A DNA stretch of 64,000 nt from Psychroserpens sp. (lineage in GTDB: Bacteria > Bacteroidota > Bacteroidia > Flavobacteriales > Flavobacteriaceae). This document shows positions 51,226-61,640 of this stretch, one piece after another. The position numbers were made by a program, and so were the translations under genes. The notes beneath the pieces were generated by a model, which was not told where the DNA came from, made no database searches, and saw nothing but the letters and a program-made list of their open reading frames with translations. The stretch lies in NCBI GenBank assembly GCA_047612485.1, contig JBLGAT010000006.1, forward strand, positions 4,565 through 68,564. Reading direction: 5' to 3'. Numbering within the stretch: position 1 is the stretch's first letter; each line of letters begins with the position of its first letter.

Positions 51226-51990
51226 TTATTGTTTTTGGGACTTTCCGATAAAAACATCTATCGTTCTTGCCTCATCAGAAGCAGCATATTCATCCTTAAT
51301 TCTTTGGAAGTATTCCAACGCCTTGTCATTTTCATTTAATTCCAAAGCGGTAATACCTGCCTTGTACAAAAATTTAGGGGCCGTAAAACTATTGTCACTA
51401 TGGGCTACAGCTTTCTCGTAATAGGAAAGTGCATCTTCAGGCTGGTTCAGTTGCATAAATGCATCCCCAAGACCTCCTTTGGCAAGTGCACCCAAGATAG
51501 CGTCATCAGAGGAGAAATCCTCCAAATGATTGATGGCCTCTTGATATTTTTGCATGTTCAAATAAGCCATTCCTGCAGAATAATTTGCAACATTTGCGGC
51601 CTTTGTACCATTGTATTCTTTGATAATATCCAAGAATCCATATTTTCCTTCTGCTCCATTCAGTGAAAGGGTAAACAATGAATCACGTTCTGTAGCGCTG
51701 TTCAATGCTTGATCGAAATATTGCTGCGGATAGTACATTTCATTATCTGCACTGGCTTCATTTGGTTTCAATACAAATTGATTGTAGGCCAAATACCCCA
51801 AAACGGCTACAGCAATCACACCAATAAAACCTAGAATGTAGTTTTGATTATGTGAAACCCACTCTTCGGTTTTGGAAGCACTTTCGTCCAGAGTACTAAA
51901 AACTTCCGCTGTAGTACTGTTCTGCTCATCCAATTCATTCTCTTCAGCTTTGTTCTTTGGTTTGTAACCTCTCTTATTGTATGTTGCCAT
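51226..51990 (-). CDS. TPR membrane-anchored protein (YfgM-like)
   Basis: Single TM followed by TPR-like helices; TATTTTTG box at 52011-52018 (minus strand). Confidence 0.75.
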   Translation of the reverse strand: MATYNKRGYKPKNKAEENELDEQNSTTAEVFSTLDESASKTEEWVSHNQNYILGFIGVIAVAVLGYLAYNQFVLKPNEASADNEMYYPQQYFDQALNSATERDSLFTLSLNGAEGKYGFLDIIKEYNGTKAANVANYSAGMAYLNMQKYQEAINHLEDFSSDDAILGALAKGGLGDAFMQLNQPEDALSYYEKAVAHSDNSFTAPKFLYKAGITALELNENDKALEYFQRIKDEYAASDEARTIDVFIGKSQKQ

Positions 51991-52114
51991 TTTTATATTT
52001 ATTGATCGCGCAAAAATAAAGTTTTTATTGAAATCCGAAAGGTTATTTATTCGTTATTTTTCGATAATTTGCACGATACTTAGCTATTGAAAAATAAAAT
52101 TGTCACCCCACGGA

Positions 52115-53194
52115 ATGTTTCTGAAAAAATTAACACTTATAAATTACAAGAATTTCAGCTCCCAAAACTTTGAATTTGACCATAAGATAAATTGTTTTGT
52201 AGGCCCCAATGGAATAGGCAAGACCAATATTTTGGACGCCATTTACCACCTGTCTTTCAGCAAGAGCTACTTTAATCCGGTGGCAACCCAAAATATAAAA
52301 CACGGAGAGGATTTTTTTGTCATTGACGGGGAATATGAAAAGGACGGCAGGGAAGAAAAAATTATCTGTAGCCTAAAAAAGGGCATGAAAAAGGTCGTGA
52401 AACACAATGGAAAGGCCTACGACAAACTGTCGGACCATATTGGCTTTCTCCCATTGGTGATCATTTCGCCGGCAGATCGGGATCTTATCATTGAAGGCAG
52501 TGATACCCGTAGGAAATTTATGGATGGGGTCATTTCCCAATCGGATAAGACTTACCTATCCTCATTAATGAATTACAATAAGGTTTTGGCGCAACGGAAC
52601 TCCCTTTTGAAATACTTTGCTGCCAACCATACTTTTGACCGCACCACCCTTTCTGTCTACAACGAACAATTGAATGTGTACGGCACCGAAATCCACAACA
52701 AAAGGGTGGCATTCCTGGAAGCCTTTATTCCTATTTTTAGGGAACAGTACGAAGTTATTTCCGGGGGCAAGGAACTGGTGCACATCCATTATGACAGCAA
52801 ATTATTGGACGATGGCCTACTTACTTTGCTGGAGGGCAGCCTATATAAGGATAGGGCCCTGCAATATACGACCGTTGGCATCCACAAGGACGACCTCAAC
52901 TTAGAAATTGAGGGGTATCCTATTAAAAAATTTGGCTCTCAGGGACAACAGAAGTCTTTTCTGATCGCATTGAAATTGGCGCAATTCAATTTTATAAAAA
53001 ACCAGGCAAAAACTACCCCAATTTTACTTTTGGATGATATCTTTGACAAACTGGACGAAAATAGGGTCGCACATATTGTCACCTTGGTGGATGATGATTA
53101 TTTTGGCCAAATATTTATAAGTGATACCCACGCCGACCGTACGGAAGAGGTTGTAAAAACTATTCACAAGTCCTATAAAATTTTTAAATTGTAG
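52115..53194 (+). CDS. recF: DNA replication/repair protein RecF
   Basis: [37 protein letters not shown]. Confidence 0.95.
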   Translation: MFLKKLTLINYKNFSSQNFEFDHKINCFVGPNGIGKTNILDAIYHLSFSKSYFNPVATQNIKHGEDFFVIDGEYEKDGREEKIICSLKKGMKKVVKHNGKAYDKLSDHIGFLPLVIISPADRDLIIEGSDTRRKFMDGVISQSDKTYLSSLMNYNKVLAQRNSLLKYFAANHTFDRTTLSVYNEQLNVYGTEIHNKRVAFLEAFIPIFREQYEVISGGKELVHIHYDSKLLDDGLLTLLEGSLYKDRALQYTTVGIHKDDLNLEIEGYPIKKFGSQGQQKSFLIALKLAQFNFIKNQAKTTPILLLDDIFDKLDENRVAHIVTLVDDDYFGQIFISDTHADRTEEVVKTIHKSYKIFKL

Positions 53195-53195
53195 C

Positions 53196-53615
53196 ATGAG
53201 AACAATCCTGTCCATTTTCGCTTTTATATGCCTTCTAAGCTGTCAGCGGACCATTTCCGAAAGTGATCTCATCAAGTTAAACGGGTATTGGGAAATCAGC
53301 AAGGTGGAGTTTCCGGACGGTACCACAAAAGAATACAAAGCCAACACCACTATAGATTTTATTGAAATGGCAGGTTTCAAAGGTTTTCGAAAAAAGGTAC
53401 AGCCTTCTTTGGAGGGTACATATTTTGCAAATGATGATGCGGAATCCTTTTTGATCATTCAAAAAGGGGAAGCCTATGAAATGTTATATAAAAATAATTA
53501 CAGTGAATGGAGCGAGCTACTGATGACCCTATCGGAAAACACCTTCTCGGCAATCAACAAGGAAGGCATCACCTATCACTACAAGAGGTACGAACCTATT
53601 AATATTAACGAATAA
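53196..53615 (+). CDS. Lipocalin-like lipoprotein
   Basis: Lipobox LLSC; LNGYWEI motif. Confidence 0.6.
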   Translation: MRTILSIFAFICLLSCQRTISESDLIKLNGYWEISKVEFPDGTTKEYKANTTIDFIEMAGFKGFRKKVQPSLEGTYFANDDAESFLIIQKGEAYEMLYKNNYSEWSELLMTLSENTFSAINKEGITYHYKRYEPININE

Positions 53616-53911
53616 TGGCCAAAAGAAAGAACGACAATATCCCATTAAGTGAAGCTTTGCAAGAATTCATCAAGGTGAACAAATTGCAGAACGGCATGGA
53701 TAAGGTCAATGTTCGTGAAGCCTGGGGCAATCTAATGGGCAACGGTGTAAACAATTATACCACTGCGATCGAATTAAGAAACGAGACCCTTTTTGTTTCC
53801 CTTTCCTCTTCGGTGCTGCGCGAAGAATTGAGTCATGGAAAATCAAAAATAATTACAATGATAAACGAGGAACTAGGCAAGGAGTTGGTGAAAAAACTGG
53901 TCTTGCGCTAA
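53615..53911 (+). CDS. DUF721/DciA-family protein
   Basis: W..LMG....YT, L.SSVLREEL; located downstream of recF. Confidence 0.75.
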   Translation: MAKRKNDNIPLSEALQEFIKVNKLQNGMDKVNVREAWGNLMGNGVNNYTTAIELRNETLFVSLSSSVLREELSHGKSKIITMINEELGKELVKKLVLR

Positions 53912-53912
53912 C

Positions 53913-53943
53913 AAAAAAAAGCCTACAAGAATTTCCTGTAGGC
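53913..53943. terminator. Hairpin between convergent DUF721 and ndk
   Basis: GCCTACA...TGTAGGC flanked by an A-run. Confidence 0.6.
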
Positions 53944-53966
53944 CCTTAGTATTCTATAATGATATA

Positions 53967-54386
53967 CTAGTAGATTTCTCTTCCCGCAAAATGAAAAGCA
54001 CCTTCTAAAGCTGCATTTTCATTGCTATCCGAACCATGCACTGCATTTTCTCCTATTGATGTTGCGAACAATTTACGAATAGTACCCTCTGCCGCGTCAG
54101 CAGGATTTGTAGCACCGATAAGTGCCCTAAAATCTTCCACTGCATTCTCTTTTTCCAAAATAGCAGCTACAATTGGTCCTCTGGTCATAAATTCTACCAA
54201 TTCTCCAAAAAATGGACGCTCTCTATGGACGCCATAAAATTCTTGTGCGTCCCTTAAGCTCAACTGCGTATATTTCATAGCCGCAATTTTAAAACCCGCA
54301 GAAGCGATTTTTTCCAAAATCGCACCGATATGTCCATTCTCAACCGCATCGGGCTTAATCATGGTAAATGTTCTGTTTGTAATCAT
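53967..54386 (-). CDS. ndk: Nucleoside-diphosphate kinase
   Basis: [20 protein letters not shown]. Confidence 0.96.
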   Translation of the reverse strand: MITNRTFTMIKPDAVENGHIGAILEKIASAGFKIAAMKYTQLSLRDAQEFYGVHRERPFFGELVEFMTRGPIVAAILEKENAVEDFRALIGATNPADAAEGTIRKLFATSIGENAVHGSDSNENAALEGAFHFAGREIY

Positions 54387-54437
54387 CTCTTTTTAAATTT
54401 TGCGCAAAAATACGCTTTATTCATTAACCCGCAAGTC

Positions 54438-55493
54438 TTAATAGTTTTGTTCTAGTTCTCCCAACAATACCCCATGGTCCCCAACCATCTTGAAGCGCAC
54501 CTTTTTTTTGTTAAAGTCGAAATCTAAAAGTCCAAAACTTTTCTTGGAAACAACCGCTCCCACCCTAAACGGATTCGGTTCTCCTGAAAAACTTGAATAT
54601 ACATGTGTAAGACCACTACTGGTGAAATCTATCAAGGGATAAGCCAGTCCATCCACCTTGGTCCTTGAAAATTCCGATATGTGTCTATCGCCACTTAGAA
54701 GTACCACTCCCTTTGCCTTAGAGGAGGCTATCAGACTTTTCAATTGGTCCACTTCATGCGGAAAATTTCCCCAGCATTCAAAGCCGTGTTCATTGGATAG
54801 AAATTGAATACTACTTACGATGATGTTGAAATCGGCCTTGGAAAAGTTCAATTCATCTTTCAACCAAGCCCATTGTTCCATGCCTAGAACTGTTCCTTGT
54901 CCATAAACATTTGGTTTGTGCCTCTTTTTTGTATCCTTATCGGGAGTCAGGGCTGTTCTGAAATATCTAGTATCCAGCACTATTATCTTAATACTTCCTA
55001 CTGGAACGGTGTAATCATGGGATGAATAAACCCCTTCTCTTGTTCTTCTAGGACTGTCCACAGGGACGTCCATAAAATCCAAAAACTCCTGCTGACTCCA
55101 TTTTTTGCCCTTAAATTCCACTCCCCCATCATTTAAACCATAGTCGTGATCATCCCAAGTACCTATAACAGGCATTTTAGTTTTTAATAGGGCATAACCT
55201 GCAACGTTATCCTGATCCATATACATTTCCCTCAACTTTTTCCTATTGTCCGTATCTGCATAAATAATATCTCCTCCCCAGATCCACACATCTGGCCTTG
55301 CGGAAACTATATCATCCCATAAAGGATTACTCAAACTACTCTTGTTGCAGGAACCAAAGGCAATGGTAAAATCGGACTCCGCTTGCTGAACCAAACTATT
55401 TGAACCAGCAGATTTGCAACCCATATATAGAAAGAGTAAAATGAAATAAAATGGTATTTTTCCCACGTAATATTGTTTTAAATTCATCCTCAA
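54438..55493 (-). CDS. Alkaline phosphatase D (PhoD) family lipoprotein
   Basis: FGSCN, WGGDIIYAD, TWDDHDYG, LDTRY, SGDRH. Confidence 0.88.
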   Translation of the reverse strand: MRMNLKQYYVGKIPFYFILLFLYMGCKSAGSNSLVQQAESDFTIAFGSCNKSSLSNPLWDDIVSARPDVWIWGGDIIYADTDNRKKLREMYMDQDNVAGYALLKTKMPVIGTWDDHDYGLNDGGVEFKGKKWSQQEFLDFMDVPVDSPRRTREGVYSSHDYTVPVGSIKIIVLDTRYFRTALTPDKDTKKRHKPNVYGQGTVLGMEQWAWLKDELNFSKADFNIIVSSIQFLSNEHGFECWGNFPHEVDQLKSLIASSKAKGVVLLSGDRHISEFSRTKVDGLAYPLIDFTSSGLTHVYSSFSGEPNPFRVGAVVSKKSFGLLDFDFNKKKVRFKMVGDHGVLLGELEQNY

Positions 55494-55546
55494 AAATAAG
55501 GCTTTTAAGAATAAGGTCTATATGATAAAATTGTATCTTTGCGCCC

Positions 55547-56563
55547 ATGAATTTGAAGGAAATAAAAGCTACCGAGGTATTACTCTCTACGCCGCAAAAA
55601 ATTGTTATAGTACCGCACAAAAACCCTGATGGGGATGCCATCGGTTCAACTTTAGGTCTTTACCACTATCTAAAAAATAGAGGTCAGGAAGCAACGGTGA
55701 TTTCCCCTAATGATTATCCCAAGTTTTTAAAATGGATGCCAGGCAATGAACATATCGTGAATTTTGAAAAAGATTCGCATCATGCCAAGCAACTCATCAA
55801 AGAGGCAACAATAATATTCACATTGGATTTCAACCATTTGGGTAGAATAGACCATATGCAACCTCATTTGGAAGAAGCCACGGCTACTTTTGTAATGATT
55901 GACCACCATCAAGCCCCAGATGATTATGCAGATATCACGTATTCGGATGTAAGCATGAGCTCTACCTGTGAAATGGTGTACAATTTTATAGAGTTCTTGG
56001 GCCATAGCGATGAAATCAATGCGGATATTGCCAATTGCCTTTATACGGGCATTATGACGGATACAGGTTCTTTTAAGTTTCTCTCTACAACCAGTAGAAC
56101 CCATAGGATCGCTGCCGACCTGATCGACAAAGGTGCCAACAACACCCAAATTCACAATAAGGTTTTTGATACCAATACCCCCAGCCGTCTGCATCTTTTA
56201 GGCTGTGCTCTAAAAAATATGGTCATTTTGGAGGATTATCATACAGTCTATATCACGCTGAGCCAGGAAGAGTTGGACAGTAATCATTATAAAAAAGGCG
56301 ACACCGAAGGCTTTGTCAATTATGGCCTAACCTTGGACGGCATTTGTTTTGCAGTAATTTTTATTGAAAACAAAGAGGATGGCATCGTAAAGATTTCCTT
56401 TAGGTCCGAAGGGAATTTTTCCGTTAATGAATTTGCCAAAAAACATTTTCAGGGTGGTGGACATACCAATGCTGCTGGAGGGAAGAGCGATGTATCCTTA
56501 AAAGAGACCACAGCCTATTTTGTATCACTACTAGAAAACTATAAAGAACAATTGAACGCATGA
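55547..56563 (+). CDS. DHH/DHHA1 phosphoesterase (NrnA-like)
   Basis: H.NPDGDA.GS, IDHH, TDTGSF, GGGH.NAAG. Confidence 0.92.
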   Translation: MNLKEIKATEVLLSTPQKIVIVPHKNPDGDAIGSTLGLYHYLKNRGQEATVISPNDYPKFLKWMPGNEHIVNFEKDSHHAKQLIKEATIIFTLDFNHLGRIDHMQPHLEEATATFVMIDHHQAPDDYADITYSDVSMSSTCEMVYNFIEFLGHSDEINADIANCLYTGIMTDTGSFKFLSTTSRTHRIAADLIDKGANNTQIHNKVFDTNTPSRLHLLGCALKNMVILEDYHTVYITLSQEELDSNHYKKGDTEGFVNYGLTLDGICFAVIFIENKEDGIVKISFRSEGNFSVNEFAKKHFQGGGHTNAAGGKSDVSLKETTAYFVSLLENYKEQLNA

Positions 56564-57114
56564 AATATTTTTTAATCCTTTTAGTATTGGGAATATCCCT
56601 GGTATCCTGCCAAGAGGCCGAACCAAGAAGACCTACAAAAGTACGGACAGGTAGTTTTTTTAAAGAAACCATAAAACGGAACAAAGAACTTCTTGCCCAA
56701 GAAGAAAAACTGATCAAGGCAATCATTGCAAAAGATACGGCACATACCTATCTGAGCAGTTCAAAGGGCTCATGGTATTACTACGATATAAAAAATGATT
56801 CGGTATCCTACACGCCAAAACCGGATGATTTAGTGATCTTCACCTACAACATGGTCAGTTTTTCCAATGATACCATTTATAAAAGTGAGGAAATGGGAAC
56901 CATAAAATATAAGGTGGACAAACAAAATCTTTTTCCAGGTTTAAGAAATAGTATAAAGCTTTTAAGGGAAGGCGAAACAGCAACTTTTTTATTCCCATCA
57001 TCCCTGGCTTTTGGCTACCATGGAGACAATAAAAAGATTGGCACCAATATACCAGTAAAATCAACCATAACCCTTTTAAACATTGATCGACAAAAAGACA
57101 GTATCCAAAATTAA
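56560..57114 (+). CDS. gldI: Gliding motility-associated FKBP-type PPIase lipoprotein
   Basis: SC...EPRRP N-terminus; FPS.LAFGYHGD..KIG.NIP. Confidence 0.85.
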   Translation: MKYFLILLVLGISLVSCQEAEPRRPTKVRTGSFFKETIKRNKELLAQEEKLIKAIIAKDTAHTYLSSSKGSWYYYDIKNDSVSYTPKPDDLVIFTYNMVSFSNDTIYKSEEMGTIKYKVDKQNLFPGLRNSIKLLREGETATFLFPSSLAFGYHGDNKKIGTNIPVKSTITLLNIDRQKDSIQN

Positions 57115-57128
57115 AATTTATTAAAAAA

Positions 57129-58250
57129 ATGAAAAAAACATATTTATTATTCATGGCCGCGGCCTTAGCCCTTACTAGTTGCAAATCCAGTAAACACGCC
57201 GATTTAGGCGATGGCCTTTTCGCCAACATCCAAACCAATAAAGGTGACATCATCATTAAATTGGAAAGTGAAAAGACTCCTGTTACCGTTGCAAATTTTA
57301 TTTCCTTGGCAGAAGGTACCAGTCCATTTGTAAGTGATAGCTTAAAAGATAAAAAATATTATGATGGACTTATTTTTCATAGGGTGATGAAGGACTTTAT
57401 GATTCAAGGAGGTGATCCTACTGGCACAGGAAGGGGAAATCCTGGATATAAATTCAAGGACGAGTTCAATGACTCCCTTACCCATTCCAAAGCTGGCATC
57501 CTTTCTATGGCCAATTCTGGACCAACCACCAATGGAAGTCAGTTTTTCATCACGCACAAAGAAACACCGTTTCTAGATGGCAGACATACCGTCTTTGGTA
57601 TGGTTGTAGTAGGCTTGGATGTTGTTGATAGTATTGCCAATGTAAAAACTTCTATAGAGCCCATGACCAAAGATAGGCCTCTTGAAGATGTCGTCATGAA
57701 CAAAGTAGAGATCATCCGAAATGGAAAGGAAGCCAAAAAGTTCGATGCCGTTAAGATCATGACCGATTATTTTGCAGAGGAAGAAGCTAAATTAAAGGCC
57801 ACGGCAAAGATGAAGGCCGACTTTTCTGCAGAAATTGAAAAACAAAAAGCAGTAGCCGAAACATTGGCTTCTGGTCTTCAGATTTACAGCATGCAAAAAG
57901 GAACGGGAGAATCTCCAAAAATAGGACAACAAGTAAACGTCTACTATGCCGGTTATTTGGAATCTGGGGAATTGTTCGACAGTAACGTAGAGGCTGTTGC
58001 TGTAAAATATGGCAAATTCGACGAGAGAAGAAAAGCAGGTGGCGGTTACGAAGCCATCGCTATGGATTATAGCACTGAAGCGCAGTTGATAGCTGGTTTT
58101 AGAGAAGGTCTATTGTCTATGAAGGTAGGTGATAAAGTACGCTTGTTCATCCCTTCGCATTTGGGGTACGGGCCAGCTGGTGCAGGTAATGTAATTCCTC
58201 CAAATGCTGATTTAGTATTTGATTTGGAAATCACCGGAATAACGGAATAA
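57129..58250 (+). CDS. Peptidyl-prolyl isomerase, cyclophilin plus FKBP fusion, lipoprotein
   Basis: FHRV..DFMIQGGDP, MANSGP.TNGSQFFIT, then LI.GF.EGL..MKVG...IP..LGYG. Confidence 0.92.
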   Translation: MKKTYLLFMAAALALTSCKSSKHADLGDGLFANIQTNKGDIIIKLESEKTPVTVANFISLAEGTSPFVSDSLKDKKYYDGLIFHRVMKDFMIQGGDPTGTGRGNPGYKFKDEFNDSLTHSKAGILSMANSGPTTNGSQFFITHKETPFLDGRHTVFGMVVVGLDVVDSIANVKTSIEPMTKDRPLEDVVMNKVEIIRNGKEAKKFDAVKIMTDYFAEEEAKLKATAKMKADFSAEIEKQKAVAETLASGLQIYSMQKGTGESPKIGQQVNVYYAGYLESGELFDSNVEAVAVKYGKFDERRKAGGGYEAIAMDYSTEAQLIAGFREGLLSMKVGDKVRLFIPSHLGYGPAGAGNVIPPNADLVFDLEITGITE

Positions 58251-58269
58251 CAATTAACTATAGGTATAA

Positions 58270-58298
58270 AAAAAAGCTCGCAAATTGCGAGCTTTTTT
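58270..58298. terminator. Bidirectional intrinsic terminator
   Basis: AAAAAAGCTCGCAAATTGCGAGCTTTTTT between convergent genes. Confidence 0.85.
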
Positions 58299-58347
58299 GT
58301 TTTAATGGCATATTCTAAGGAGTTAAATCAATAAGCTGAACCTTGGC

Positions 58348-58812
58348 TTACCACCAATTTTGTGACTTCAATTCTATGGTAGCCTTAAGAATATCCATTT
58401 GAGATATCTGGCCTACCAAGACCCCTTTCTCCACAATGGGAAAACGTCGTCTTTTGGCCTGTAAAAATTTATTGGCGGCATCAAATATATCCATATTACC
58501 ATCTATGGTCTCCACATTGGATATCATATGCTGCCCAACGGTCCTGGTCTCTCCCGGTATATTGTGATACTTGCTTTCACTGATGTGTTTGATACAATCC
58601 CCTTCAGAGATCATTCCGATAAGTTCATAATTGTCATTAACGACCGGTCCACCAGATATCCTATACTTTATCAATTGTACAATAACCTCTTCCACAGACT
58701 GCTCCGGCTTGAAGGTTATCAGTTTTTTGGTCATATAATCACTGACCTTTAACGAGGCATCATCCTTGGATTCCCTCAGTTTCATTGGCCCTTGAAAACT
58801 CTTGATTCCCAT
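58348..58812 (-). CDS. CBS-domain protein
   Basis: Two CBS repeats (VSDYMT...ISGGPVV...GMISEGD; RRFPIV...GQIS..D). Confidence 0.88.
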   Translation of the reverse strand: MGIKSFQGPMKLRESKDDASLKVSDYMTKKLITFKPEQSVEEVIVQLIKYRISGGPVVNDNYELIGMISEGDCIKHISESKYHNIPGETRTVGQHMISNVETIDGNMDIFDAANKFLQAKRRRFPIVEKGVLVGQISQMDILKATIELKSQNWW

Positions 58813-58904
58813 AACTAGCTCATTTTAAGACAGTCTTTAAGTTACTAAAAATAAGCGAGTTATCCAATAAAATTGGGTTGAATTATTGCATCAATAATCA
58901 GACC

Positions 58905-60365
58905 TCATTTTTTCGGAATATCTTTCAAGATCTCCAATAAAAATTTCCAAAATTTTTGGACCGATGAAATACTCACCCGTTCATCAGGAGAATGGGCACC
59001 CTTTATAGTAGGGCCAAAACTGATCATATCCATGTTCGGGTAATTTTTTCCTAGAATTCCACATTCCAAACCGGCATGGCAGGCAACCACATTGGCACTA
59101 TCTCCGAAAACGGCTTTATACTTATTTTCCAGTACTTTTAATATGGCAGAGTCCGGATTGGGATTCCAACCTGGATAGTCCCCATTTAGGGTCACCTCAC
59201 ATCCCGCAAGTTCAAAAGCACATTTCAGGGAATTTGCCAAATCCAATTTGGCGGAATTTACAGACGACCTCGTTAGGCACATAATTTCCAAAAGACCATT
59301 GCTCACAATCACCCTCGCTATGTTATTGGACGATTCCACCAAGTCATCCATTGCCGCACTCATAGCATATACTCCATTTTTTGCAGCATATATAGCTTTT
59401 ATCAAACTTAGCTGCGCCTCAGATTCCATCATTTGGGTAGGTAGGGCGACCTTTTCGACCGCAACTATGAATTGGGGTTCGGTGTGCTTTAATTCCTCTT
59501 TGATGGTTACCTCCAAGGCTGACATTGCTTTTTCAAAATCAACTTTATACGCTTCATCCACCACCACCACCGCAAAGCTTTCTCTAGGTATGGCATTGCG
59601 CAGACTGCCGCCATTTATTTCAGAAACACCAATCTTAAAGCTCTCACAAGCCGTGTAAAGCAGTCTGTTCATTATTTTATTGGCATTCCCGAACCCTCTA
59701 TGGATATCCATGCCACTGTGTCCGCCTTGCAGACCTTTAACGGCAATTCTAAAAGCCACATGGTTTTTTGGAACAGCTATTTGCTTATAATTTCTCGTTG
59801 CAGTGACGTCTATACCTCCAGCACAACCAATGTCAATCTCGTCATCTTCCTCCGTATCCAGGTTCAATAATATTTCACCTTGTAGGACACCTCCTTTTAG
59901 GCCCATGGCGCCTGTCATCCCAGTTTCTTCATCAATGGTAAAAAGAGCTTCCAACGCAGGATGGACAATTGTATCGCTTTCCAACAAGGCCATTATTGCA
60001 GCAACACCCATACCATTATCGGCCCCCAGGGTTGTCCCTTTAGCCTTTACCCAATCCCCTTCAATCTTCATTTTAATTCCTTGAACATCAAAATCAAAAA
60101 CAGTGTCCGCATTTTTTTGGTGCACCATATCTAAATGTGACTGTAGGGTGACCATTTTACTATTCTCCATTCCCACCGTCCCAGGCTTACGGATGATCAC
60201 ATTGCCTACCTCATCTTTAAAGGTCTCCAATCCCAAGGATATCCCAAAATCCATCATAAATTGTATGACTCTTTCCTCTTTTTTAGAGGGTCTTGGGACC
60301 GCATTCAAATCAGCGAATTTGTTCCAAACGTTTTTGGGTTCCAATTGACGTACTTCTTTGCTCAT
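58905..60365 (-). CDS. pepD: Aminoacyl-histidine dipeptidase (M20C)
   Basis: LQSHLDMV, TTLGADNG, TIDEETGM, HAGLECG, HSPDE. Confidence 0.93.
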   Translation of the reverse strand: MSKEVRQLEPKNVWNKFADLNAVPRPSKKEERVIQFMMDFGISLGLETFKDEVGNVIIRKPGTVGMENSKMVTLQSHLDMVHQKNADTVFDFDVQGIKMKIEGDWVKAKGTTLGADNGMGVAAIMALLESDTIVHPALEALFTIDEETGMTGAMGLKGGVLQGEILLNLDTEEDDEIDIGCAGGIDVTATRNYKQIAVPKNHVAFRIAVKGLQGGHSGMDIHRGFGNANKIMNRLLYTACESFKIGVSEINGGSLRNAIPRESFAVVVVDEAYKVDFEKAMSALEVTIKEELKHTEPQFIVAVEKVALPTQMMESEAQLSLIKAIYAAKNGVYAMSAAMDDLVESSNNIARVIVSNGLLEIMCLTRSSVNSAKLDLANSLKCAFELAGCEVTLNGDYPGWNPNPDSAILKVLENKYKAVFGDSANVVACHAGLECGILGKNYPNMDMISFGPTIKGAHSPDERVSISSVQKFWKFLLEILKDIPKK

Positions 60366-60491
60366 AAGGTTCTATAAAGTTGAGACCAAAAATACACATT
60401 GAAAAATGACTTTGCCACAGTTATGCCCATTTAACATTTTATTAGAGCATAGGTCTACAAATACTAATTCTGATTGGTTATTTTTGATCCG

Positions 60492-61559
60492 ATGAACAAC
60501 CGTTTTAAAAATAGTATTGCCCTATCCATTATCCCGCAAATAATCCTGGTCAAATGGATAGGTCATTACCCACAATTCATAGAATCTTATTATAGTTTAG
60601 GGATATACCCAATGCTATCAAAAATCTCCAGAACTGCGTTTGGATGGATTCCCTTTTCTGTGGGGGATATCATCTATACCTTGTTATTGGTGGCCTCACT
60701 TCGCTATATAATTTTGAATAGAAAGAAAATAAGACAAAGGCCCAAGGCTTTTATCCGCACTATTTTTATAGTACTCTCCACCGCCTATTTTAGTTTCCAC
60801 CTGCTTTGGGGGCTTAATTATTATAGGGTGCCTTTAAGTGAAACCCTTTCCTTGGAAGAAAATAATTCCAGCATAGCATTGGAATCTTTTGTTGAAAAGC
60901 TTATCGACAAAACAAATGAAACACAAATGCTCATAGTTGGCGATAGCACGAGAATGGTTACGGTGCCCTATTCTAAACAAGAGATACTGGAAAAGACTAT
61001 TCAAGGCTATCAAGACCTGGATTCCCGATTTTCAATATTTCATTACCAACGGCCAAGTCTCAAGAATTCCCTCTTTAGTACTGGTCTTTCCTATATGGGC
61101 TATGGGGGATATTTAAATCCGTTCACCAACGAGGCTCAAGTAAACGCACTACTGCCCAATTTTAGGTATCCTGTAGTGGCAGGTCATGAAGTAGCGCATC
61201 AATTGGGTTATTCTGCAGAAAATGAGACCAATTTTATAGGATATCTGGTGACAGCCTCCAATAGCGACATCTATTTTAAATATTCCGCTTATTCCTACGC
61301 CTTGGCCTATTGTCTTTCAGATATCAAAAAAAGAGATGAGCCTACATTTGAAAGGTTGTTTGGAACATTAAATATCGGGGTCAAAAAAAACTACAAAGAG
61401 GTGTCCGATTTCTGGATGGCCTATGAAAATCCTGCAGAACCTGTCTTTAAATCTATTTTCGACACTTTTTTAAAAGCCAATAACCAGTCCAAAGGCATAG
61501 AAAGTTACAATGCCGTGGTGGCACTTTTGATAAATTATCATGAACTACACCCATTATAG
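60492..61559 (+). CDS. DUF3810-family membrane protein (zincin-like)
   Basis: N-terminal TMs; GY.NPFT.EA; HEVAH (HExxH) followed by E.ETNF. Confidence 0.8.
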   Translation: MNNRFKNSIALSIIPQIILVKWIGHYPQFIESYYSLGIYPMLSKISRTAFGWIPFSVGDIIYTLLLVASLRYIILNRKKIRQRPKAFIRTIFIVLSTAYFSFHLLWGLNYYRVPLSETLSLEENNSSIALESFVEKLIDKTNETQMLIVGDSTRMVTVPYSKQEILEKTIQGYQDLDSRFSIFHYQRPSLKNSLFSTGLSYMGYGGYLNPFTNEAQVNALLPNFRYPVVAGHEVAHQLGYSAENETNFIGYLVTASNSDIYFKYSAYSYALAYCLSDIKKRDEPTFERLFGTLNIGVKKNYKEVSDFWMAYENPAEPVFKSIFDTFLKANNQSKGIESYNAVVALLINYHELHPL

Positions 61560-61640
61560 TGTTAAAAAAAAGTGAATACGTGTTAAAGGAGTCTTAAGAA
61601 TTCTACCTTTAAAGAGACTAATTTAAAACACCTTTATAAA

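Noticed and set aside
39990-53911. parAB and recF as a sign of a nearby oriC or parS
   Set aside because: No dnaA, DnaA-box cluster or TGTTTCACGTGGAACA-type parS was seen; these genes are not reliably origin-linked in Bacteroidota.
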